From positions 22,528-86,527 of the forward strand of contig JBBQMD010000004.1 of NCBI GenBank assembly GCA_038328575.1: 64,000 bases of DNA, given 5' to 3'. The position numbers and the translations under genes were made by a program. How positions within the stretch are numbered: position 1 is the stretch's first letter; every line of letters begins with the position of its first letter. Source of the stretch: Phycisphaerales bacterium (GTDB taxonomy: Bacteria > Planctomycetota > Phycisphaerae > Phycisphaerales > UBA1924). The notes beneath the pieces were generated by a model, which worked only from the letters and a program-made list of their open reading frames with translations, was not told where the DNA came from and searched no databases. This document shows positions 34,402-43,360 of the stretch, in pieces.

Positions 34402-35760
34402 TTACTTCGACGGCCGGTTCGGCTGGCGAGGGTTCTCGCTGGACCTGCGGGGCCGGGAAGCGAGGAGGAAGGTCACCGTTTGGTCTGCATGCAGGATGTT
34501 CGGCGTGGTGATCCAGCCCCAGAGGCAGGGTGAGCCGTGGGCGATGACGCTGGTGGGAGGGTGATATTGGAAGGCAAGGGGGATGAACGTTGAGAGCTCG
34601 GTATGGGTGCCGAAGAAACGCCACTCCTGATCAATCTTGGGCGCGCGAGAGCTGGACTTGCGGAGGCGGGCGGGGTCAACGGGGATCCAGATTTCTTTCT
34701 TGGTGCCGGGGTCGATGAGGCAGAACTCGACGATGCTGTAGAGGCGGCGCTGGCCGCCGGTGCCGCTACTGCGACGCCCGATGCCCTCGTCGGCAACGTC
34801 CAGGCCGATGACGGTGCGAGCTGGAAGTCCGGCGGCGCGATACGCGGCGACAAGCACGCAGCACATGTCGTGCTGGCTGCCCTTGCCGTCTTTGAGCGCT
34901 TGCAGCGCGCCCTTCAGATTAAACCCGCGGAATCCGCCGCTGGTGTTGAACGAGAGGCCGTCGCCGGTGGGCTGGAACGAATCGACCACGCGCCCCAAAA
35001 GGATCTTGGCGACGCGCACGGGCGGGAGTGTCTTGGGGTCCTGGTCATCGAGCCACTCTTTGACCTGGCGGGTGAACTCGAGGTTGCTGGCGGTCTTCTC
35101 CTGCTCAGCGATGACATAGTCCACGAACATCTGCGGCTTGAACGAGCTGGCGGCGGCCTCGGGCCAGGCGGTCGTCGGCCAGGGGATCTGCATCGCGAGC
35201 GCTTCGTCCATGCGAGTGGAGGCGGAGCCAATGCCCATCTCGACGCGGATGCGGACCGAGCTGGCGTCCTTCTGGCGGGCTTCCCAACGTGCAAAGCGGG
35301 CGCCGCCGGGATACCCGGTGATGAACGTCGGCTGGCCGTCGATCTCGGCACCGTCGAACCGCACGTGGCTCTTGAAGTTCTCCGGGAACGTGCGTGACAT
35401 CGATGTCGATTCCAGGACGGGGAACACGATCACGGCGGTGTCAAACTTCAGCGGCGCGTTGGCCGGCATGTTGTTGTTGTCGTAGCGCTCGGCGGTGTTG
35501 AGCGCGACTTCGACAGTCGCGAGCCATTCCTGATCCCGACCCTTTTCCAGCACCTTGTCGGCCCAGGGCTGGCCCGGCGCAATCGTCGAAGGGTCGGTGA
35601 CCTCGGGCCGGCGCGGCGGCGGTGGGTTGCCCTTGCGATTGGGGAGAAGCTCAGGGCGGAAACCGCCGGGGATGTTGCCGGGATTGATCTGGCCCGGCGA
35701 TGACGCCGCGAGGCCCAGGACGGTGAGGAGCGCCAGTGCGGTGCGAAGCGAGGGTGTCAT
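34402..35760 (-). CDS. Secreted transglutaminase-like superfamily protein (catalytic residues apparently degenerate)
   Basis: Signal peptide 'ALALLTVLGLAASSPGQ'. 'GSQHDMCCVLVAAYRAAGLPARTVIG ... LYSIVEF ... VDPA' aligns to the TGase core block. Confidence 0.7.
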   Translation of the reverse strand: MTPSLRTALALLTVLGLAASSPGQINPGNIPGGFRPELLPNRKGNPPPPRRPEVTDPSTIAPGQPWADKVLEKGRDQEWLATVEVALNTAERYDNNNMPANAPLKFDTAVIVFPVLESTSMSRTFPENFKSHVRFDGAEIDGQPTFITGYPGGARFARWEARQKDASSVRIRVEMGIGSASTRMDEALAMQIPWPTTAWPEAAASSFKPQMFVDYVIAEQEKTASNLEFTRQVKEWLDDQDPKTLPPVRVAKILLGRVVDSFQPTGDGLSFNTSGGFRGFNLKGALQALKDGKGSQHDMCCVLVAAYRAAGLPARTVIGLDVADEGIGRRSSGTGGQRRLYSIVEFCLIDPGTKKEIWIPVDPARLRKSSSRAPKIDQEWRFFGTHTELSTFIPLAFQYHPPTSVIAHGSPCLWGWITTPNILHADQTVTFLLASRPRRSSENPRQPNRPSK

Positions 35761-35975
35761 GTGGAAGGCTCCGGGACGGCGAGAAGTAAGAGCTCTGGTG
35801 GCGGAGATCGATGCGAGACAAAGGGTCGTGAAATGCGACTCATTCGTTCGCAGTGTGAAACGACCGAACGCGCGGCCGTCTCTGGATACGTTCCCGATGC
35901 GCCGTGGACGCAGAAAAGGCGTAAAGCTAGAGCGGTAACGGGGATTCGGCGCTAGCGCGGGAGTTGGCGGTCGAT

Positions 35976-36869
35976 CTAGGTGTTTGCAGGGGAGACTCGG
36001 AGGCCGAGTTCTTCGGGCGCGGGGAGGTCTTTGAGGCTGGCCAGGCCGAAGGCTTCGAGGAAGCCGCGGGTGGTGGAATAGAGGATGGGGCGGCCAAGTT
36101 CTTCAGAGCGACCGGCGATGGTGATGAGGCGGCGGTCAAGGAGGGAGCGGAGGACTTCGCCGCAGGCGACGCCGCGGATGGCTTCGAGCTGGGCGCGTGT
36201 CATGGGCTGGCGGTAGGCGATGATGGCGAGGGTCTCGATGGCGGGGCGGCTGAGCTTGTTGCTGAGAGCCAGGCCCTGGAGCGCGACGATGGGACCACGA
36301 AACTGCGGGAGCGTCATAAGCCGATAGCCGCCGCTGAGGGCTTCGATGCGGAAGGAGCGGCCGGTGCGCTCGTAGTCGGCGTTGAGCGAGGCGATGGCTG
36401 CTGCGATCAACTCGATGGGGGAAACGGCTGAGACCTTGGGCTTGCGTGTGCGTTTGCGGGTGGGCGGCGCATCAAGGTGTGCTTCGGCGGGCGAAGCGTC
36501 GTCGGTGGGCAGCGTCGCCGGTGGCGACGGGGTCAGACAGTTGTCAGCCTCCGGCGGGGCGAGGCCCAGGGCGACGCTCAAGCGTTGTGGGCTCACTGCT
36601 CGCGCGCTGGTGATGAGCAGTGCTTCGACCATCGGCGCGAGCTCTGCGATGCGCTGCGGCGTGAGACCGGGCGGGCCATCGTCCGGCGCCATCGGCGTCG
36701 CGATCGCGAGGTCGGCTGGGGGATTGATCCAGGCCGCGGCCGAGGGCTCGGCGACGTGAGGTGTTGATGCGGAATCCAATGCGGGCGTGAACTCGGTCAT
36801 GACCGTCTTTCTGTGCGGCGGGAGGCAGGCGGGGCGGAGGCGGGCGGTGGACGGGGGCATGTTTGACAA
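35976..36869 (-). CDS. scpB: Segregation and condensation protein B
   Basis: 'LSRPAIETLAIIAYRQPMTRAQLEAIRGVACGEVLRSLLDRRLI' and 'GRPILYSTTRGFLEAFGL'. It has a Pro/Ala-rich insert and N-terminal extension. No scpA is adjacent. Start uncertain. Confidence 0.8.
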   Translation of the reverse strand: MSNMPPSTARLRPACLPPHRKTVMTEFTPALDSASTPHVAEPSAAAWINPPADLAIATPMAPDDGPPGLTPQRIAELAPMVEALLITSARAVSPQRLSVALGLAPPEADNCLTPSPPATLPTDDASPAEAHLDAPPTRKRTRKPKVSAVSPIELIAAAIASLNADYERTGRSFRIEALSGGYRLMTLPQFRGPIVALQGLALSNKLSRPAIETLAIIAYRQPMTRAQLEAIRGVACGEVLRSLLDRRLITIAGRSEELGRPILYSTTRGFLEAFGLASLKDLPAPEELGLRVSPANT

Positions 36870-37088
36870 GCGAGACTTGGCGTGCGTGAAGTCGCATCAT
36901 ACCGGCGATTGGCCGCTGGGCGTTGTTCACAACGGCTCTGGCTTTGCGGCCTCGCCGAACTGGGCCAGCACGCGTGTCCGGCCTCTCCACGGCCCACCTT
37001 CGGGCGAAAAAAAAACTCAAAGCAGCGCGAACGAAGTGTGAGGCGTGGTCGCTTCATGGGTGCGTTCTTCCTTCAAAGGAGCACTCGT

Positions 37089-39383
37089 ATGACTCGTCAA
37101 CGTTTCGCGAATCGAGCGTCCACGACTGTCGGTGTCAGTGCGATGGTGGTTGTTGCCGGGCTCACCGGCAGCGCGGTCTCGCAGGTGCCGATCACTTCTT
37201 CAACGACGACGACGTCGGTCACGACAATGACCGATGGGCCGGTCATCTTGACGCCGCAGATTCCGATGCGACGCCGGATTGCCATGCCCGATCCGGGCGT
37301 TCAGGTCACCGGGGTCGCGGCTGACGTCTCGATTGTCGATCAGGCGTCGACAACCAGCCTCGAGATCACGCTGACGAATCCGGGGCCGCGCCCGCAGGAG
37401 GCGCAGATCGTCTTGCCCGTGCCGATCGGTGCCAGCGTCCGCTCGTTTCAATACGACGGCACGGGGCCCGAGCCGACGGCGACGCTGATCGCGCGCGACG
37501 AAGCGCGCCGGTACTACGAGTCGATCGTGAGCGCTTCCAAAGACCCCGGGCTGCTCGAGTTCGTGGGCTTGGCAGCCATCAAGTCGAGCGTCTTTCCGGT
37601 GCCAGCGGGCGCGACGCAGAAGGTGCGGATCGTCTACGAACAGGTGCTTCCGGCGGTGGACGGGCGTGTGGATTATGTGCTGCCACGAAGCGACGGGCTG
37701 GCGGCGGCGCAGACCCCTTGGACGGTGAAATACGAGATCAAGTCCAGCAGCGAGATCAGCGCGGTCTTCTCGCCGACGCACGCGATGCAGACTGAGCGTC
37801 GGCCCGACGGCAAGTCGTGGAAGGGCGCGATTGATGGCGGGTCGCTGAGTCAGCCGGGCGCGGTGTCGATCGCGTTCACGACTCCACGACGGAGCGGGGA
37901 GGCGACTGCGAGCGTCGTGGCGTATCCGGACGCGCGCGTGAACGCGGGCAAGGGCGGGTACTTCATGATGGTTGTGGGGCTGCCGCGAACGCCGGAGGCC
38001 AGCGCGCCGATGAAGCGCGAGGTCACGATGGTGATTGATCGCTCTGGCTCGATGCGCGGCGAGAAGATCGAGCAGGCCCGCAAGGCGGCGCTGCAAGTGC
38101 TCCAAGGGCTGAACCCCGGCGAGATGTTCAACATCATTGACTACAGCGACTCGATCGCGAGCTTCGAGCCGGCGCCGGTGGAAAAGACCAAGGAGTCCAG
38201 CGAGCGGGCCCGCCAGTACATCATGGCGATCAACGCCAACGGCGGGACAAACCTCAACGACGCGCTGCTGGAGGCGCTGCGGACAAAGCCCGCCGCGGGT
38301 GCGCTCCCGCTGGTGTTGTTCATGACCGACGGGCTGGCGACGGTCGGCGAGAAGTCCGAGGTGAAGATTCGCGAGAATGCAAAGGCGGCCAACAGCGCCG
38401 GACGACGGGTCTACACCTTCGGCGTGGGCTTCGACGTCAACAGCCCGCTGCTCAGCGGCCTGGCAACCACCACGCGCGGCAGCGCGACCTTTGTCATGCC
38501 CAACGAAGATGTCGAGGCCAAGGTCTCGAAGGTGTTTACGAAGTTGAATGGGCCGATGCTCGCAAGCCCGACGCTCACCGGGCCGATGCGTGAGATGATG
38601 CCGTCAACGCTGGCGGACGTGTTCGAGGGTGAGCAGATGATCATCGTCGGTCAGTATCTTGAAGCGGGTCCGATGAAGATCACGCTGAGCGGGCGCGGGC
38701 CTCAGGGGGACCGGGCGTTTGAGTTCAGTGTCAGCACAGCGGACGCTTCGGCGCGCAATGGCTATGTCGGGCGTCTGTGGGCTCAGCGCAAGATCGCATC
38801 ATTGCTGGACTCGATCCGCCAGTCGATGGCGGAGAAGCCGAACATCGACCCGAAGAACGACCCGGCAACCAAGGAGCTGGTTGACGAGGTGGTGCGACTG
38901 AGCACGCAGTTCGGCGTGCTCACCGAGTACACCGCGTTCCTGGCGCTGGAAAAGGATCAGAAGTTCGCCGGCGACATGTTGAGTCGTTCGACGCGAGACT
39001 TTGCGGTCAACGTCAACACGCGGATGAGCGTGCGCTCGGGTGCCGGCGGTGTGAGCCAGGAACTGAACGCCGCGCCGGCGGCAGTCGCGCCGGTGGACGC
39101 CAAGCGCCAGGTGTACTACGACCGGTCGATGGTTCGCCAGGAGATCAGCAACGTGCAGTCGGTGAACGATCGCGCATTCGTGTTCCGCAACGCGCGCTGG
39201 ATCGACATGCGCATGCTGGATCAGGAGTCGTTGCCGCCGCAGATCACGGTGACAGTGGGCACGCCGGAGTACTTCAAGGTGGTGGAGCAACTGCGGGCGA
39301 GCAACCTCGCGGGCGCGCTGAGCCTTGAGGGGGAGATCTACGTGACGCTGGAGAATCAGCGCGTGTTGATCCGGCAGCAGTGA
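37089..39383 (+). CDS. Secreted VIT + von Willebrand factor A domain protein
   Basis: AAGGAG (37076-81) sits 7 nt before ATG 37089. MIDAS 'VIDRSGSMRGEKI', 'NGGTNLNDAL', 'LFMTDGLATVGE'. An N-terminal VIT-like region follows the signal/TM 'VGVSAMVVVAGLTGSAVSQ'. Confidence 0.8.
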   Translation: MTRQRFANRASTTVGVSAMVVVAGLTGSAVSQVPITSSTTTTSVTTMTDGPVILTPQIPMRRRIAMPDPGVQVTGVAADVSIVDQASTTSLEITLTNPGPRPQEAQIVLPVPIGASVRSFQYDGTGPEPTATLIARDEARRYYESIVSASKDPGLLEFVGLAAIKSSVFPVPAGATQKVRIVYEQVLPAVDGRVDYVLPRSDGLAAAQTPWTVKYEIKSSSEISAVFSPTHAMQTERRPDGKSWKGAIDGGSLSQPGAVSIAFTTPRRSGEATASVVAYPDARVNAGKGGYFMMVVGLPRTPEASAPMKREVTMVIDRSGSMRGEKIEQARKAALQVLQGLNPGEMFNIIDYSDSIASFEPAPVEKTKESSERARQYIMAINANGGTNLNDALLEALRTKPAAGALPLVLFMTDGLATVGEKSEVKIRENAKAANSAGRRVYTFGVGFDVNSPLLSGLATTTRGSATFVMPNEDVEAKVSKVFTKLNGPMLASPTLTGPMREMMPSTLADVFEGEQMIIVGQYLEAGPMKITLSGRGPQGDRAFEFSVSTADASARNGYVGRLWAQRKIASLLDSIRQSMAEKPNIDPKNDPATKELVDEVVRLSTQFGVLTEYTAFLALEKDQKFAGDMLSRSTRDFAVNVNTRMSVRSGAGGVSQELNAAPAAVAPVDAKRQVYYDRSMVRQEISNVQSVNDRAFVFRNARWIDMRMLDQESLPPQITVTVGTPEYFKVVEQLRASNLAGALSLEGEIYVTLENQRVLIRQQ

Positions 39384-39438
39384 TGCATCAGGCGACCGAG
39401 CGGCGATACGAGTGGCTGTCACGACTGAGCACAAAGCA

Positions 39439-39470
39439 CGCGGCCCGCCGGAATCGTCCGGCGGGCCGCG
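39439..39470. terminator. 14-bp perfect hairpin, likely bidirectional terminator
   Basis: CGCGGCCCGCCGGA-ATCG-TCCGGCGGGCCGCG, followed by GTGTTGTTTG, between convergent stops at 39383 and 39522. Confidence 0.6.
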
Positions 39471-39521
39471 GTGTTGTTTGAGTTGAGTCAGATGGCAGAG
39501 ACGAGAGGCTCAGTGCCCCGT

Positions 39522-40724
39522 TCAGCAACCGTCGAAGAAGAACCGGAAGAAGCAGTTGTAATCGCCCTCGGTGACGCCATTGTTGGGGACGCCGATGATG
39601 CTGTTGGGAATAGGGTTGCCCTGATCGTCGGCGACATCGCAGAATGACAGGGCATCAAAGAAGCCGACGAAGAAGGCGTTGTAATCGCCTTCGGTGATGC
39701 CGTTGTTGACGCTGCCAGAGGGCAGGGGCGTGCCCTGGTCGTCGGCGATGTCGATCGACAAGCAGCGGACGTGGGCGACGAGCGTGTCGGTGACGGACGT
39801 GGTGTCGGCGGAAGTGGCGGTGACCGTGATGAACGCGGAGCCGGAGGCGTTGGGGGCGTACGTCAGCCGCAGTGAGTCGTTCACGATGCTGGGCGTGACC
39901 AGGGCGGTGTTGCTGGAGGTCGCAGTGAACACGATGCCCTTGGACACGGGCGACGGGACGGGCGCGACGGTGGTGATGTTCACGAAGTCGGTGGGGCGGA
40001 CGGTGTTGCCTCCGGTGTATCCGGGCAGCGGGCAGTCGTCGAGGGCGGAGTTGCCGAAGAACGTCGTGAGGTTGAACGTGTTGAAGGCGATGATGGTGTC
40101 CAGCACGGTCATGCCGCTGCCGATGACTCGACCGAAGACGGAGAAGCCGCCGTTCTGGGTGTCGAGCAGCGCGAAGCCGGGGGTCACCCCGTTGTCGTTG
40201 TTCATGTTGAAGAACCACTCGCTGGTGGCTGAGTTCGGGTTGCCGCCAACCTTGGCCATGGCGATGGTGCCGCGACGGTTGCTGATCCCCGGCTCGTTCT
40301 GGATGGGGGGGAAGGTCTGCACCGTGCCCGGGGGAACGTTGTTGCCGGTCGGCGTGGTGAAGCCGCCGCCCTGCAGGACGAACGGGATGAACGGGTTGGC
40401 GGAGTAGACCGCGGAGCGATGGATGATGACGTTGTTAAAGCGCCCGGCGTTCATATACGCCTTGAAGTTGTTGGTCGTGATGGGCTTGGAGACGTCAAAC
40501 AGCGCGACGTCAACTGTGCCGAAAGTGGCGATCGTGAGACGCACGACCGACACGTTGGCGTCGTTGAAGCGGGTGCCCAGCGGGATGTTGGAGGGGACCG
40601 CGTTCTTGACGACCACCAGATCTGGCAGCGGCGCCGTGATCGTCGGGGCGGCGGTGGCGGTGCCGGCGCAGAACGTCAGCGTGATGAGGGCGAGCGAAGA
40701 GACGGTCTGCAGGGTGCGGCTCAT
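39522..40724 (-). CDS. Secreted cyclophilin-type peptidyl-prolyl isomerase with beta-sandwich and duplicated Cys-bracketed C-terminal module
   Basis: 'FVLQGGGF', 'RGTIAMAKVG', 'SEWFFNM', 'FGRVIGSGMTVLDTI'. Signal peptide 'LALITLTFCAGTATA'. Start at ATG 40724 (MSRTLQ...). Confidence 0.8.
   Translation of the reverse strand: MSRTLQTVSSLALITLTFCAGTATAAPTITAPLPDLVVVKNAVPSNIPLGTRFNDANVSVVRLTIATFGTVDVALFDVSKPITTNNFKAYMNAGRFNNVIIHRSAVYSANPFIPFVLQGGGFTTPTGNNVPPGTVQTFPPIQNEPGISNRRGTIAMAKVGGNPNSATSEWFFNMNNDNGVTPGFALLDTQNGGFSVFGRVIGSGMTVLDTIIAFNTFNLTTFFGNSALDDCPLPGYTGGNTVRPTDFVNITTVAPVPSPVSKGIVFTATSSNTALVTPSIVNDSLRLTYAPNASGSAFITVTATSADTTSVTDTLVAHVRCLSIDIADDQGTPLPSGSVNNGITEGDYNAFFVGFFDALSFCDVADDQGNPIPNSIIGVPNNGVTEGDYNCFFRFFFDGC
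39525..39764 (-). other. Two tandem copies of the same C-terminal module as at 32766-33053
   Basis: R1 at 39642-39764 'CLSIDIADDQGTPLPSGSVNNGITEGDYNAFFVGFFDALSF'. R2 at 39525-39641 'CDVADDQGNPIPNSIIGVPNNGVTEGDYNCFFRFFFDGC' (the last residue is Cys). Confidence 0.8.
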
Positions 40725-40810
40725 GAAGACTCCAACGGGTGCGAGCGGAAGGTGATTCGTGATCAACGCATGATGCCTGAGGGCGAGAAGGACCAGACGA
40801 GGCAGCGGCG

Positions 40811-40828
40811 AAAAAGCGTCGAAACGCT
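40811..40828 (-). terminator. Weak terminator-like hairpin (minus strand)
   Basis: On the minus strand it reads AGCGT-TTCG-ACGCT followed by TTTT. The stem is only 5 bp. Confidence 0.3.
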
Positions 40829-41077
40829 GGGGCTAGAAACTGGGAACCATTGTCCAGAACGTACATCCATCGGCCGGGAACGCCAATGGCTTTGTGAGCA
40901 ATACGCGGGCCAATCACGGGAGTTTCGCGGCATCTGACACAGAACGTCCGATGTGACCCGAAAATCGACCAAATGAGGAGTTCTTCTGATACGCCGCAGC
41001 GGCTGGACGCGCCATAGGGCAAACAGGGCGTCGTAGCCGCGAACACTGGCGTGCGCAAAAGATCGCCGGCAACACAA

Positions 41078-41101
41078 ACGCCCCGGCACGGGCCGGGGCG
41101 T
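41078..41101 (-). terminator. 10-bp hairpin immediately 3' of tRNA-Val
   Basis: ACGCCCCGGC-ACGG-GCCGGGGCGT. On the minus strand it is followed by TTTGTGTT. Confidence 0.55.
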
Positions 41102-41104
41102 CAA

Positions 41105-41178
41105 TGGGCGTTACAGGACTTGAACCTGTGACCCCAGTCGTGTGAGGACTGTGCTCTAGCCAACTGAGCTAAACGCCC
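41105..41178 (-). tRNA. tRNA-Val (anticodon CAC)
   Basis: The reverse complement folds as GGGCGTT-TA-GCTC-AGTTGGCT-AGAGC-A-CAGTC-CTCACAC-GACTG-GGGTC-ACAGG-TTCAAGT-CCTGT-AACGCCC-A. CCA is not encoded. Confidence 0.9.
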
Positions 41179-41211
41179 GGATCGAGTCGAGTATATGCCC
41201 CGCGATCGGCA

Positions 41212-43089
41212 TTACTCAACCGGCACGCTGTAGTGCAGGGGCGCGTTCGGACCCAGGGGCATGCCGGTGGCGTACCACGCCAGCAGGAAGCCCGTCCATA
41301 TCAGGAAAAAGACCACGCTGTAGGGAAGCATCAGGCTGATGAGGCTCCCAAGCCCTGCGCCCTTTTTGTACTTCTGAAGCACCAGCAGGATGATGAGCAG
41401 ATAGCTGTTCAAGGGGGTGATGATGTTCACGACGCTGTCGCCGATGCGATACGCCGCGGTCGTGAGCTCGGGGCTGATCCCGACCATCATGAACATGGGG
41501 ATGAAGATGGGGGCCATGACGCCAAACTTGCTGAGCATGCCGCTCAGGGCAAAGTCGCCGAAGACCACGACGAGGATGAAGAGGACCAGCAGCAAGGGCA
41601 CGGGTAGATCGGCTGTGACCAGGAGCGAGCCGCCGGCGTAGGCGAGCATGCGGTCCAGCCCGGTGTACGCGAAGTAGGCGACGAACTGGCCCATGAAGAA
41701 CGAGATCGCCAGCACGGGCACGATGCTCCGGATGCCGTGGTAGATGCCCTCGATGAAGTCGGCTTGGGTGCGGAGCTTGCCGGTGCGGATGCCATAGGCC
41801 ATCCCAGGCAGGAGGAAGAGCAGGAAGATCAGCGGCACGATGACGTGCGACCAGCGGTCGCCGGGCGACTCGGACAAGCTCGGGCGTCCGTTTGAGGCGA
41901 TGGCGAGCTCCACCGGTATCGCCTTGCCCGAATCGTCGAGCCTTGGCTCGGGTGCCCATAGCCGCCGCTCCGTCGGGATTGCGGCGACTTCGGCGCTGCC
42001 GCGGACGACGAGGATGGGTTGGGTCGCGACGACGCGGTCATTGGCCAGACGTGGAACGCCGGTGCCGTGCAGGGGCGCGCCGGGAATCATCACCAGCGCA
42101 ACAAAGACCGCGAGGACCGAGAGCATGGTCGCAGCGGCGATGAGCAGAGCGCTCTTCTCAGCTGGCAAGAGCGCCATCTCGTTTACGGCGGAGGTATCGC
42201 CGGTCAGCGGCGCTTCGGCTTGTTGGCGCTTCAACCGCGGCTCCACAATCCAGTCCGTCACCGCCCAGCCGGCGAACATCACCACGATCGCGGAGCCGAC
42301 CTTGAACGAGTAGTTGTGGAGGATGTCCATGGTGTAGTTCGGATCGATGACGCGAGCCGCGTCTTGTGCGAAGCCGGTGAGGGCACCGTCGCCCCCGGTG
42401 GGAAAGAACCCTCCGCCAAAGCCACCGGCGACGCCCGCGAACGCCGCGGCCAGACCGGCGATCGGGTGCCGCCCTACCGCCAGGTACAGAGCCGCCGCCA
42501 GCGGGGGCAGAATGATGTAGCCCGCGTCGCTGGCGACGCTGGAGTTTGCCCCGAGCAAGACGATCATCGGCGTCAGCAACTTCGCCGGCGTGATGAACGC
42601 CAGCGAGCGCATCATCGCGCTAAAGAATCCAAACTTCTCAGCCAGCCCGATCCCCAGCATTGCGACGAAGATCAGCCCGAGCGCGGGCAGGCCCGTGAAG
42701 TTGCGCAGCATCGAGGAGAGCATCCAGTAAATACCGTCGGACGTCAGCAGGCTGCGCGGCTCAATCGGCCGCCCCACCGCCACCAGCTCTCTTACTGGTT
42801 GCCCGCGCTCGTCTTGCTGCTTCACTTTGACGGGCGTTCCGGCGGGCGTGAGAACCACGTTGCCCGAGGCATCGACGGCATCGACCATCACGTATCGGGG
42901 CTGCACCGGCTGCACCTTCCAGCCCAGGTTGGAGCCGATCGCGGCGACGACGATGACGACGACGGCAAGGATGACGAAGATGAGCGCGGGCTCAGGAAGT
43001 TTGTTGCCGAGCCACTCGATCCAATCGAGTACGCCGCGCGGGCGGTTGATGGAGATTGCGGAAGGTTCGGGGGAAGTCAATTGAGCCAA
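41212..43089 (-). CDS. AbgT-family (p-aminobenzoyl-glutamate-type) transporter
   Basis: 'LDWIEWLGNKLPEPALIF', 'GLPALGLIFVAMLGIGLAEKFG', 'SDAGYIILPPLAAALYLAVGRHPIAGL' parallel E. coli AbgT. TTG start at 43089, preceded by GAGGTG. Confidence 0.8.
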   Translation of the reverse strand: MAQLTSPEPSAISINRPRGVLDWIEWLGNKLPEPALIFVILAVVVIVVAAIGSNLGWKVQPVQPRYVMVDAVDASGNVVLTPAGTPVKVKQQDERGQPVRELVAVGRPIEPRSLLTSDGIYWMLSSMLRNFTGLPALGLIFVAMLGIGLAEKFGFFSAMMRSLAFITPAKLLTPMIVLLGANSSVASDAGYIILPPLAAALYLAVGRHPIAGLAAAFAGVAGGFGGGFFPTGGDGALTGFAQDAARVIDPNYTMDILHNYSFKVGSAIVVMFAGWAVTDWIVEPRLKRQQAEAPLTGDTSAVNEMALLPAEKSALLIAAATMLSVLAVFVALVMIPGAPLHGTGVPRLANDRVVATQPILVVRGSAEVAAIPTERRLWAPEPRLDDSGKAIPVELAIASNGRPSLSESPGDRWSHVIVPLIFLLFLLPGMAYGIRTGKLRTQADFIEGIYHGIRSIVPVLAISFFMGQFVAYFAYTGLDRMLAYAGGSLLVTADLPVPLLLVLFILVVVFGDFALSGMLSKFGVMAPIFIPMFMMVGISPELTTAAYRIGDSVVNIITPLNSYLLIILLVLQKYKKGAGLGSLISLMLPYSVVFFLIWTGFLLAWYATGMPLGPNAPLHYSVPVE

Positions 43090-43360
43090 GGGAGCACCTC
43101 AGACGTTGAACGCCGCGGGGGGCAGAGTGACGCTCCGGAGACGGGGCGTTTTGCAACCGTCCACCCATTTGTGGGGGTTGCATTTGGGAGAATAACCGAA
43201 GATGCTCTGGCTTGCACGCCGCCCGTGCGCGCCAAGTGTCAGTTCAATCCCGGAGCGTGGCAGCCGCCCGCAAGCCGACAGTCCGTTCGACCTTTTCTCA
43301 TGAATCGCCGTCCGGCTGCCCATGTTGCGGTATCCGACCGGCGTGCAGACAGGAGCCCTG

